A stretch of 34,370 bases of DNA. Source: Nemertoderma westbladi (taxonomy: Eukaryota; Animalia; Xenacoelomorpha). The translations under genes were made by a program, and so were the position numbers. The DNA lies in assembly GCA_032718475.1 (NCBI GenBank), contig JAUCBJ010008858.1:1-34370 (forward strand). The letters run 5' to 3'. The notes under the pieces were generated by a model that was given only the letters and a program-made list of their open reading frames with translations, searched no databases and was not told the DNA's origin. Positions 1 through 9,417 of the stretch are shown piece after piece; the stretch's first letter is position 1, and every line of letters begins with the position of its first letter.

Positions 1-691
1 TTTACAGATTTTAATAAATATTAAATTAATATTTAGGATGGGCACCGATTTATTCCAGAACTTGTCTGGGGACGTTAACCACTGATTCTAGAATTTGTCT
101 TTCAAGTATATCGGTGGGTGCCGCGATATCTTAATCGACTAGAATTACAGATGGTCAAAAGGTTTAACAGATTTATTTGCGTTTTACGCTACTGTTAGAG
201 GGACATCACGCTACTATATGTATTATTTAATATAAGGTAGAAGAGCAATATCGCACGAAGCAATGTCAGTGTGAAGAGGCAAGTCGTTTCCAAGGTCTAC
301 CCAGAGCTTGGTTTAGCCGAGACACGAGGATCTGAACTTTGCATTCCTAATACTCTGCCTACCAATAATACTTAAATATAGTAGTGGCTTTATTGTACTT
401 TAATAAGTACTGACATGTCATCTTACTATAGTCTCGCATTTATAATATAATACGGACAGTAAGGAAAGAGAAAAATAATTATTTCTTGCCGTCGCACTAA
501 ATATATTATAAGTAATTAAATACGTAATAAACACTAATATATTGCACTAATCTACTAAATAATCCCTAAAATAACATTCTACTAAATAAAAATTGAATAA
601 AAACGATTATAATAAAGTACATAATAAAGTTCGCATATAAAATGTAATAAAATAGATAAAATAATATAGTCATACACCCACTCCAGACGTA

Positions 692-2053
692 TCACGTTTG
701 GGAGTCCCTAGATGTTTGAGGAATTAGGGAGGTGGTCGTGGGAAGAGTGTCTTGTCTTCCATAGTTTCCAGAGAGTTCTCTGTCTCTTTCCAGTAAACAT
801 AAACGACCAACTGGGCGATTGAGTTGTTGCGTCTCAAAGATTATCCCGGGCTTCTTGAAGTTACGCCGCATAACGATGAGTTCTACTGAACGCACTAAAC
901 CATCCTCCGAGATGTGCGTCTCGATGATACGACCGATCTGCCACCGTCTACGTGGGAGGTCCGGATCTACAATAAGGACCATGTCTCCGGCGCTGACATT
1001 TTCCTGCTGCGCAAACCACTTAGTTCGAAGTTGTAGCGTGGGCAGATAATGTTTCTCAAAATGGTCAGCGAAACGACGGGATAGCAACTGCATAAGCTGC
1101 CAAGTTCGACGACAGTATTCATCTCCATCGGCAATCTCGGATTGTGGGAGCATGGCTACAGGTTTCTTAAGTAGGAAGTGCGCGGGTGTTAGCGCTTCCA
1201 GGGAGTCGAGACTCGATGAGACTGGCATAAGCGGTCTCTCGTTAAGATAGGCAGCGATTTCTTCCATTAACGTCCGTAGAAGTTCGTCGGTGAGATATGC
1301 GCGGCATGGCACTATAAAGTGAAATGCGGTCTTGACACTTCGAATTAATCTCTCCCAACTTCCTCCCCACCAAGGGGCGTCGGCGGCGTTAAAGGTCCAG
1401 CTAGACGCCGTTATCCGTAGCTGGTCGTCCACCTGTCTTTGATTCCAGTCCTTTACGTAAGCCTGAATTTCGTTGTTGGCACCAATGAAGTTCGTTCCCT
1501 TATCGGATCTCATCGTATTGCTAGTGCCGAAACGAGCGATCTGTCGTCGTAAACATAAGACGAAGCTGTTAGTAGATAGATCGTTCACCATATCGAGATG
1601 GATAGCTCTACAAGTCATGCAGACAAAGATTACACACCATCTCTTGATTATAGTTCTAGCACGATACACTTCAATAGGGCCAAATAAATCCACACCAGTA
1701 TTAGTAAAGGGTGGTTCATAAAAGCTTACTCGTTCCCTAGGTAATTCTGCCTCTCGCTGTGTTAAAGGCCTACTGAATACTTTCCTACAAGGTATGCAGT
1801 TCCTAAGAACTTGATTCAGAGCTCTACGTGGTTTATGAAAATAATAGCGGGTTCGAATTTCGCTAAGAACTCGTTCTCTACCAGCATGATACAGTTTACT
1901 GTGAACATCTACAATCATCTTGATTTGTACTTCAAGATTACTAATGAGTATAGGGAATTTAGTATCAAAGGATAATGGGGCGTTTGTAAGCCTTCCTCCA
2001 ACACGTATTAACCCATCTATCATTGTGCTAGAGAAGCGATCCCTTAAGCGCAT
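692..2053 (-). CDS. BEL/Pao integrase (C-terminal part of Pol); the frame stays open upstream to the 10-bp repeat at ~2150
   Basis: BEL-type DGLIRVGGRL motif; HHCC zinc finger (HSKLYH...CIPC); DDE core GVDLFGP / RSDKGTNF / GGSWERLI; C-terminal GDMVLI..WQIGRI..DGLVRSV. Confidence 0.93.
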   Translation of the reverse strand: MRLRDRFSSTMIDGLIRVGGRLTNAPLSFDTKFPILISNLEVQIKMIVDVHSKLYHAGRERVLSEIRTRYYFHKPRRALNQVLRNCIPCRKVFSRPLTQREAELPRERVSFYEPPFTNTGVDLFGPIEVYRARTIIKRWCVIFVCMTCRAIHLDMVNDLSTNSFVLCLRRQIARFGTSNTMRSDKGTNFIGANNEIQAYVKDWNQRQVDDQLRITASSWTFNAADAPWWGGSWERLIRSVKTAFHFIVPCRAYLTDELLRTLMEEIAAYLNERPLMPVSSSLDSLEALTPAHFLLKKPVAMLPQSEIADGDEYCRRTWQLMQLLSRRFADHFEKHYLPTLQLRTKWFAQQENVSAGDMVLIVDPDLPRRRWQIGRIIETHISEDGLVRSVELIVMRRNFKKPGIIFETQQLNRPVGRLCLLERDRELSGNYGRQDTLPTTTSLIPQTSRDSQT

Positions 2054-2112
2054 CTGCGGATTTCTTAATAGCAGAAAATACCTATCGGAATCCTCATAGC
2101 ATTGTAGGAGTC

Positions 2113-4083
2113 TCAGTAGCTGCTTATTAGTTTCTTCATGCTCCTGGTAGCTCCTGGTAGCTCCTGGTAGCTCCTGATATGCTCCTGCTCCTTTAGAAAC
2201 CGGTCTGATATCTTGTACTTAGGTAGATCTTTAATAACATGAACTTGCGCAGATGTCACTGGAGCAGGATCACTAGTGGTCTGTGTCCTGGAGTAGTGAT
2301 GGTGAAAACATCTCTTTAAGTATGTGACGGCTTTACAGAGACGATTCCAGGAACTGTAATGATGCAGTGCTCTCTGCAGCAGGGGTGAGATTCCTTGCGA
2401 GACGTCTGGTATCTCAGATTTCCAATCTCTGTCTCTAATTTCCACAACAGATTTGTTTGTGGCGAGGGATTGTGGATCCGAAGTATCGTTTTCGGCAGTA
2501 TGTAATACAGATAGATCGATTGTCGGTTTAAATAACTTCGATTTACTTGTCCGAATTTTGGGTTTGACTTTCTCCGCTCCCTTGGCTTGTCTAATCTCAG
2601 CCGTAGTAAGGTGAGGAGGCCATTCATCCTCTTCCTTGCTCAGGAAGTCGGGTCCACCCAACCAGTCAGGGGTATCTATCAGTTCCTGTGGAGTTGCTCC
2701 CCTGGAGGCGATGTCAGCTGGGTTAATCGTACCAGGGCAATGTCTCCATTGATCTATCGTTGTGCGACTAAGAATAATGGCCACTCTGTTAGTAACAAAG
2801 ACGCTGAACTGACAGACTTCATTCGTTATATATTCCAATACAAGTAAAGCGTCGGTCCAATAAACAGTTTTCTCCAGTGGATAATCGATCTGTTCTGTTA
2901 CATTCCGTCCGATAGCTGTAGCGTATAAAGCTGCTTTTAACTCCGCCCGAGGAACCTTAAGCTTGTTGTTAATCAATGCCTTAGAGGTAACCAAGGCAAC
3001 TTTGATTCCATCCGGAGTTTCGACTCGCAGGTATGCTACTATACCGATTCCCATATCGCTGGCATCTCCAAATACATGGAGTTGATAGGAATACGTAGGG
3101 AGAACATGACCAAAATATGAACGGGAAATTATAAAGTTCTCGATGGCAGGTAGTGAGTCCTCCCATTTCATCCATTTCTTTAATAGTTCTCCCTTGCGTG
3201 GATCATCCCACGAGTGGTTTTCAAGCCACATTTGTTGTACTAAACTCCGAGCAATCAATATAACTGGGCTAATAAATCCCAAGGGATCGAAATAAGTGCT
3301 CAGAATACTTAAACAAATCCGTTTGGTCCGTACTGGATTATCTCGCTGTTTTAACTGAAAAAACAGGATGTCTCTTTCTGTGTCCCACTTCAAGCCAAGC
3401 GTCTTGGTTTCCGGAAGATCGTCATGTATTAAGTCGAGGTCTTTTGATCCCCGGTCTTCCACAGATATTGCTTCCAGAAACTCACGGGAGTTGCTGGTGA
3501 ACTTCGTCAATCGAAATCCACCTCTTTTCAAACACTCCACCGTTCCTTTCGCGACATCAATGGCTTCTTTTACTGATGGAAGGGACTTTAAATTGTCGTC
3601 CATGTATATGTCTCGTTTGATGTTATCTATCACCTCTTTGGAGAAGGCATCCCGGTTGTCATCCGCAGTGGTACGAACCACTGAGCAGGCGTTTGAAGGG
3701 CTTGATATAATCCCAAAAGCCTGGATGGTCATCCAGTACTCTACCGGTTTCTGGTTGAGATCTCCTTCAGGCCACCACAGGAATCTTAGGCTGTCTCTAT
3801 CACGATCCAACGCCTTGACTTGTAGGAACATTCCTTCTATATCGGAGGCGAACGCGATGGAATATTGTCTTAATCTTAACAGTATTCCCAACAAAGATTG
3901 AAGCAAGTTGGGTCCTGGTAACAACTCGGAATTAAGGGATTGGCCCATATATAGGGCGGAGCCATCAAATACGACCCGTACTTCATGGGATTTACCGGGT
4001 TTGGGAACATAATGATGTGTTAGATAATAAGTCCTTTCAGTTATCCTATCATTTAAACTTTCGTTTAAATGGGTTTTTGTCAA
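2113..4083 (-). CDS. BEL/Pao reverse transcriptase + RNase H; no ATG before the first RT motifs; frameshifted relative to integrase
   Basis: YLTHH, VRVVFDGS, SLNSELLPGPNL, DIEGMFLQV, YMDD catalytic motif, KTLGLKWD, FDPLGFISP; RNase H motifs HVFGDAS, PRAEL, WTDA, NPADIASRG. Confidence 0.93.
   Translation of the reverse strand: MTKTHLNESLNDRITERTYYLTHHYVPKPGKSHEVRVVFDGSALYMGQSLNSELLPGPNLLQSLLGILLRLRQYSIAFASDIEGMFLQVKALDRDRDSLRFLWWPEGDLNQKPVEYWMTIQAFGIISSPSNACSVVRTTADDNRDAFSKEVIDNIKRDIYMDDNLKSLPSVKEAIDVAKGTVECLKRGGFRLTKFTSNSREFLEAISVEDRGSKDLDLIHDDLPETKTLGLKWDTERDILFFQLKQRDNPVRTKRICLSILSTYFDPLGFISPVILIARSLVQQMWLENHSWDDPRKGELLKKWMKWEDSLPAIENFIISRSYFGHVLPTYSYQLHVFGDASDMGIGIVAYLRVETPDGIKVALVTSKALINNKLKVPRAELKAALYATAIGRNVTEQIDYPLEKTVYWTDALLVLEYITNEVCQFSVFVTNRVAIILSRTTIDQWRHCPGTINPADIASRGATPQELIDTPDWLGGPDFLSKEEDEWPPHLTTAEIRQAKGAEKVKPKIRTSKSKLFKPTIDLSVLHTAENDTSDPQSLATNKSVVEIRDRDWKSEIPDVSQGISPLLQRALHHYSSWNRLCKAVTYLKRCFHHHYSRTQTTSDPAPVTSAQVHVIKDLPKYKISDRFLKEQEHIRSYQELPGATRSMKKLISSY
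2141..2170. repeat. Three perfect tandem copies of CTCCTGGTAG at the pol frameshift
   Basis: Units read directly at 2141, 2151 and 2161. Removing two units fuses the two pol ORFs. Confidence 0.9.
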
Positions 4084-4873
4084 TATTTGAAATAAATGTT
4101 ATTATTTCTGGGGGAGTCACTACACAGAAGCTGTGCGCTCTCAGTGAAGTGCTATTTATTTGACACTAAAACTGATAATTCTAATTTACCTAAGTTACTT
4201 AATACTACAAATTACTTACTATACTGGTGAGATTAATTCTCTAATTAAACACAACAAAATATTACGTACGAAATTTTTAGGGTAATTTTACAGGAAGTTT
4301 ACAAACCAGCCTAACAAAGGGTTAGAATTCTGGTTATTACAACGGACAGGGTACTACGGTATTTGAAATAATAAGTAGTAGTAAATATATTGTACTGTCC
4401 AGATAGGAAAATACCACTGCCTGACGACCTATAACCGTATCGCTATAGGTACTACGTTATGTATCACGGATTGTTCCTACCCAGAAGCTAATAGAGCTAA
4501 CGAATGTGCCTATCAACCACTTTACAACACAAATATACTGCCTACACTAATTACTTCGGAAAGCACTGTACACTAAACCCTAAATTAGGTACAAGTACCG
4601 GTATAACAAATAATCAGTAGTTAAATATACTTGAACAGTTAAAGGAACCACGGCATCTGCTGGAGTGACCAGAGCACAAAGTCACCAGTCTTGTCCTACG
4701 CCAAGCAGCCCGTGTAGTACCGGGGTTAATTTAACTATAACGGTATGTATAACAAGCACAATTACTGTAGGAATAAACTTGGGGACATGAATGTTGCGAA
4801 TAATCACATAAACTCTGAATAATAAATATTACGCTACCCGTACAGAATACTCAAACAGAATACAAACCAAACG

Positions 4874-5390
4874 CTGGCAGACTACTATCAAGCCTAAACA
4901 AACTACAGTATGTGCAGATTCTGAAACAGTTAGTTAGTATGCGTTCTAACACGGTAGTACGACTTATTCTTTAAGAGGGGATTGACCTTACAGCATATGG
5001 CTGCCCCAACTTACTAACGGCACTTTATCAGACCAACTCTACACACGCAGCAATCCCTTCAGACCTAAGAATAGCTAGACAACAATCCAGCCTACAAAAT
5101 ATCTGAGTAATAACTATTACGGTACCTGAACAGACCACACAAACAAACACAGGCTAAAACACTGGCAGACTACGATCAAGCCTAAATAAACTACAGTATA
5201 TGCAGATTCTGAAACAGTTAGTTAGTATGCGTTCTAACACGGTAGTACGACTTATTCTTTAAGAGGGGATTGACCTTACCGCATATGGCTGCCCCAACTT
5301 ACTAACGGCACTTTATCAGACAAACTCTACACACGCCGTAATCTCTCCAAACCCAACAACAGTCAGACAGCAGTTCAGCCTACAATTATT
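4874..5390. repeat. Two-copy direct repeat (~288-bp period) in the leader of element A
   Basis: CTGGCAGACTAC...GCAGATTCTGAAACAGTTAG...GAGGGGATTGACCTTAC recurs at 4874 and 5162. Confidence 0.85.
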
Positions 5391-5561
5391 TGAACAATCT
5401 GAGCAGACTTACACGTCTTCAGCTCAATATTAACTTACTTGGAAATAAAACCGACAGAAATAAGTAAGCTCCAAAAGAAACAAGGGGTGTACAGTCCCTA
5501 ATCTCTTAAACAGCCTACCGGTATACAATAATCAAAATCGAATAATACTAATGTACTTATA

Positions 5562-5693
5562 CAGCAGTACCGGTTAGGACAGTTGGGCCTACAGACCTAC
5601 AGAAGTACCGGTTCTGGCAGTTGGACCTACGGACCTACAGCAGTACCGGTTCTGGCAGTTGGGCCTACTGACCTACAGAAGTACCGGTTCTGG
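5562..5693. repeat. 38-bp tandem repeat, ~3.5 copies (about one copy in element B)
   Basis: CAG(C/A)AGTACCGGTT..G(G/A)CAGTTGG.CCTAC.GACCTA starts at 5562, 5600, 5638 and 5676. Confidence 0.85.
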
Positions 5694-5747
5694 TTTACCG
5701 GTCACTACGGTATTTTGCAACCTTATTGCCTACTGCAATAAGATCGT

Positions 5748-5757
5748 TAACTGTTAC
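5748..5757 (-). promoter_or_regulatory. PBS-position sequence of element A (GTAACAGTTA), complementary to LTR site 6493-6502
   Basis: Abuts the LTR end, lacks TGG, and forms a 10-bp perfect inverted repeat with 6493-6502. Confidence 0.6.
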
Positions 5758-6950
5758 TGTTCGCGCTTTTGAAGACCTTTAGCAGTTTAACCTGCCAAAA
5801 TTTATATGTCTTTTAGTTAATTAAAACACCTTTAGCATACGACAATATTTTATGCTAATACACAAAACATTAGCCGAAGTCAGCCCATGCGCGATCATTC
5901 ACCCGATGGATCTACACCCGGGAGGCTGAATTCGGATGCTTAAATTTTATTATTGCAGTGTAAGGTTGCAGTGTAAACCTACTGTATTATTCGATAGATC
6001 GTTAATAATTAATTTCTGACAGATATTATTGGCTTTCGGGAAATATTAACAGTTCCTTTAGGACGTGGCGCTCTATCTATTTAAACAGAACTAGGACTTA
6101 TACTAAACGCAACGATACCGCTTATGATTAAAGTATAAGGCGTATTCTTTAGGAAATACTTTGTTACCAATCACAATCATGCACACTATTCTGCCGACCG
6201 TCAGTATATTTGATCACACATAAAGAGAGCAGCAATTGACTCATGTAGGGTCTGCTAAATAACATTAGATTCAATACACACCACATTAATATAAATCGCA
6301 ATTGTTATATATAGCCCGTCTCTCTAACCTGTAGTGTATCAAGAAAATTGGGAAATTTGGGTGATTTATCCGTATTCTCCAAAGGGCAATATTTCATCAA
6401 CAAATAGATACAATTAATAACTGACGGTAAATAACAGTACAAACAATATGATTAGTGCAGTTAAATTAAATGATTGAGACTTATTAAGTAAGGTAACAGT
6501 TATACTTTCGATAATTTAAGCAGTTTTACTGGAGTTCTTCCCAAAAGCCGGTGTTATGGCGAAAAATGGGAACATAACAACAGAATCATATGAAGAATCA
6601 TATGACTAGAATAACTATACGAGGATACCAACTACCCTTATTCCACGAAGCTCCCGTTCAACACAGAGGATGAGCATAGAGATAGGAAATTCAGTTCAGT
6701 AGCTCTGGGATAGGTCGAAATCAACGCCCACTCAAATTCTATTGGCCGACACGGACAGCAGGGCAGAGGCAACCTCCCTAAGCTGGTTGGCCGATTAAAC
6801 TGAGCCCAGATATCTCCGTACAGCACATCAGCCAATAAGCTGGTAGCTTGCACTATTTTAGTTATAAATCCCTTTGAGAGTATTCTAGCGACCGGGGGGG
6901 AACTGGCCAGCAAAGGCAAACGTATCAGTTATCCCACAAAAGCTTTTACA
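5758..6950 (-). repeat. 5' LTR of element A (1193 bp)
   Basis: TG...CA ends. The first 14 nt equal those of B's LTR, and the 3' part aligns with B's LTR (e.g. AGACCCTACATGAGTCA, GCGCCACGTCCTAAAGGAACTGTTAATAT). Confidence 0.9.
6305..6397 (-). CDS. Putative 30-aa micro-ORF in LTR A (MKYCPLENTDKSPKFPNFLDTLQVRETGYI)
   Basis: Start, stop and C-terminal half are conserved with the micro-ORF at 8495-8584, including synonymous third-position changes. Confidence 0.45.
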   Translation of the reverse strand: MKYCPLENTDKSPKFPNFLDTLQVRETGYI

Positions 6951-7531
6951 GCAACTATCATTTTTGGTGCTTGTCTGGTGGGACGAAAAATAAGTAGCAT
7001 AATATTTCAAACGGCATGAATCGAATTTGGTTGGATGATACGATAATGTTGAGTGTCATATTCGAGATCAGCGTCCCAAAAAACCTATAAGGTCATAAAA
7101 TCATTTTGATTTTGTGGTGATTTTTCATTATCAAACTTGTACACACTACAGGTACATGTTTTTTCGTGCCCCAGAGGGCACATTCAAAATTACCAACAAT
7201 TTTCTCGAATGTTATATTTGAGTTCTATAATCGTGATCAGTGTCTAAAAAACCGCTATATACCGCAAATAAACTAATTTTAGTGAATTATAAAAACTCTT
7301 GAAAATTTTAGCACGAAAAATACTGAGATTGATGCGAGAAAGGGACCACAGCACGAAAACTAACATCGCCATGTGAATGGCGTTTGTTCTGTCGGATAGC
7401 CCATTAAATTTTAGGAAAAGTCACGAAACCCTGGTTTTTCTAACATACCTGACTCAAAGATACACATGAATTACAAAAGAATTTATAAAATGACCCCCCC
7501 CCCCCCCCCCCCCCGGGCCAAATAGGGTTAA
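6951..7531. mobile_element. Probable end of a non-autonomous piggyBac-like DNA transposon into which element A inserted
   Basis: Ends in poly-C-GGGCCAAATAGGG|TTAA, matching the TTAA-CCC terminus pattern. Internal repeated motif TCG(A/T)GATCAG(C/T)GTC at ~7062 and ~7231. The other end is not in the window. Confidence 0.4.
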
Positions 7532-7636
7532 ATAATAATATTGATTTATACATAATAATATTTAGTATGTACAAAATGAAGAAAATAAGAAATTTGGTAA
7601 CATGCAAAGCTTGACGGCTGTAGCATTGCTTAACTA

Positions 7637-7871
7637 AGCCCGTTCACATCCAACGGAACGGTAGGCCTACACCGCGCGGTGTACCGCAGGGCCAGCGGTA
7701 TACCGCTGACTGTGAACGACCCAAAAGGTACAGTAGTTGTGGGCTAAACCGCGCGGTTTACCGCAGCCCATTTAAACAATGTTAAAACAATTAATGTAAT
7801 TTCCAGTTGAATTCACAGTCTACAGATAGACAATCAGTTACCGCAACGGTACCGTTGGGTGTGCACGGGCT
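7637..7871. mobile_element. MITE-like element with ~20-bp imperfect terminal inverted repeats
   Basis: AGCCCGTTCACATCCAACGG ... CCGTTGGGTGTGCACGGGCT, with internal palindromes (ACACCGCGCGGTGT, CAGCGGTATACCGCTG, AAACCGCGCGGTTT). Confidence 0.6.
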
Positions 7872-7883
7872 CCGGGTAGTGTA

Positions 7884-7888
7884 CCGCT
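7884..7888 (+). other. Left 5-bp target-site duplication CCGCT of element B
   Basis: CCGCT precedes the TG at 7889 and follows the CA at 20003. Confidence 0.92.
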
Positions 7889-9124
7889 TGTAAAAGCTTT
7901 TGCTGAATTGTCCGGTTATTTTTCCTTATTTTTCCCGTAAAGTACTCTGTAGTTGGTTTACCAGGCATAAAAAGGCCGTGTCCTTGCTGTACTGGTGTTT
8001 TAGCGGACATAAAAGCTATTTCTTCTGTATTTGTACTTTAGAGGACATAATCCGTAATTCCGTGACGTAAAAGCTCGATACTCTTGAAAACAGTGTCGCT
8101 ACCATGACGACGGCTAGCAGCTGATATTGCCACGTCGACGTTTCTTTGTTTCTCTGTTCTCTCGTTGTTCAGGTTGACCAATCAGAGCGTTTGTTGTCTC
8201 TGTGTTGGAGGTATATACAGAAACTCAGTAGTTCAGTGTTATGTTTTTGCCCAGAGCCTAAGAACCGGCTTTTGGCACCTCCGTGTTTTCAGTTTTTAGT
8301 CTTACACTAGTAGGTTTAATTATAAGGGCATATATCCTTTAACTGACATACCGATCAAACTCATGGAATCACTGATCTGGGAATACACTGACTGCTGACA
8401 CACGGCTTTTAATAACTGCTGAAACTGCTAAAATTACCTGCTCAATCGATACTGTATACTGCTATTTGTTGTCGGTTATTCATTATATTGGTTGATGAAT
8501 TATTATATTGGAATAACGAGAAATAACCCCCGAAAACCCAATATTCTTGATATACCGAAGGTAAGAGAGAAAGGTTACCAATAAAGATTGTGACTTATGT
8601 TAAAGTGGTTTGAAGTGAATCTAATGTTATTTGATAGACCCTACATGAGTCAGTCTGTGTTCCTTTTATATGTGACTAAAATCAGTGAAGATTGGCAGAT
8701 TAGTGTGCAGTATTGTGCAGCATTGTGTATGAGTGAGTCTGTTAAAGAAGCAATTCCTAAAGAATGCGCCATATATGTGAATTATAATTAAGCCATATCG
8801 TTGTGAGTAGTTTAAGTCATAACTCTGTTTATATAGATAAAGCGCCACGTCCTAAAGGAACTGTTAATATTCCCCGAAGGTGAATAATATTGTCAGAGAT
8901 TATATAATACTGTCAGTCGAATAATACATTAGGCTTACATAGCAATAAGATTAAACCGTCGAACCCAATCTCCCGGGAATATCCAGCGGGTGAATGATCG
9001 CGCACAGATTGGTTTCGACTAGTGTAGTGAATTAAATACTTGTCATAGACTAAAAGTGATTTATTATCTAGAAGACATCTCTAATTTGGCGGGTTAAACT
9101 GCCAAAGGTCTGAAAGCGCGAACA
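7889..9124 (+). repeat. 5' LTR of element B (1236 bp)
   Basis: TGTAAAAG...GCGCGAACA; direct repeat of 18771-20003, with 4 substitutions and three 1-bp indels found by eye. Confidence 0.96.
8495..8584 (+). CDS. Putative 29-aa micro-ORF in LTR B (MNYYIGITRNNPRKPNILDIPKVREKGYQ); second copy at 19375-19464
   Basis: Homologous to 6305-6397(-). Contains donor-like AAG|GTAAGA at 8560/8561, and its stop overlaps AATAAA. Confidence 0.45.
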   Translation: MNYYIGITRNNPRKPNILDIPKVREKGYQ

Positions 9125-9136
9125 TTAAAGGATATA
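9125..9136 (+). promoter_or_regulatory. PBS-position sequence of element B (TTAAAGGATATA), complementary to LTR site 8331-8342
   Basis: Abuts the LTR end, lacks TGG, and is the 12-bp perfect reverse complement of TATATCCTTTAA at 8331-8342. Confidence 0.62.
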
Positions 9137-9417
9137 GCTTCTTTGTTGCAGTAAGCAATAAAGTTGAAAGTACCGGTCAACCGGTAAACCTGAACGGTAC
9201 ATCTGTAGGTCCGTAGGCCTAACTGTCCTAACCGGTACTTCCGTATAAGTACATTAGTATTATTCGATTTGATTGTTGTATACCGGTAGGCTGTTTAAGA
9301 GATTAGGGACTGTCACCCCTTGTTCCTTTATTGGGTTTACTTATTTCTGTCAGTTTTATTTGTTTGTAGGCCAGTATTGAACAGAAGGCGTGTAAACCTG
9401 ATCAGATTGTACAGACG

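Larger units (their letters stand above)
1..6950 (-). mobile_element. BEL/Pao LTR retrotransposon, element A (pol only: RT-RNase H-IN, no gag or protease); 3' part continues beyond the left window edge
   Basis: 5' LTR 6950->5758 has the same termini as element B (TGTAAAAGCTTTTG...AAAGCGCGAACA). The leader 5757->~4062 is homologous to B 9125-~10750 and is followed directly by RT. Positions 1-690 are the reverse complement of B's 3' UTR (~15750-16445). Confidence 0.93.

Noticed and set aside
819-3901. Plus-strand and alternative-frame ORFs over pol, and likewise over gag, TECR and LRRCC1
   Set aside because: Shadow frames of real coding sequence with no recognisable motifs.
8597-8848. 60-64 aa ORFs duplicated at 19477-19728
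   Set aside because: They are duplicated only because they lie in B's LTRs, and the ORF track shows no counterpart in LTR A.
5758-9124. Reading LTR A and LTR B as inverted terminal repeats of one element (DIRS-like or DNA transposon)
   Set aside because: B has its own direct-repeat LTR pair and TSD, the integrase is DDE-type rather than a tyrosine recombinase, and the two LTRs are substantially diverged.
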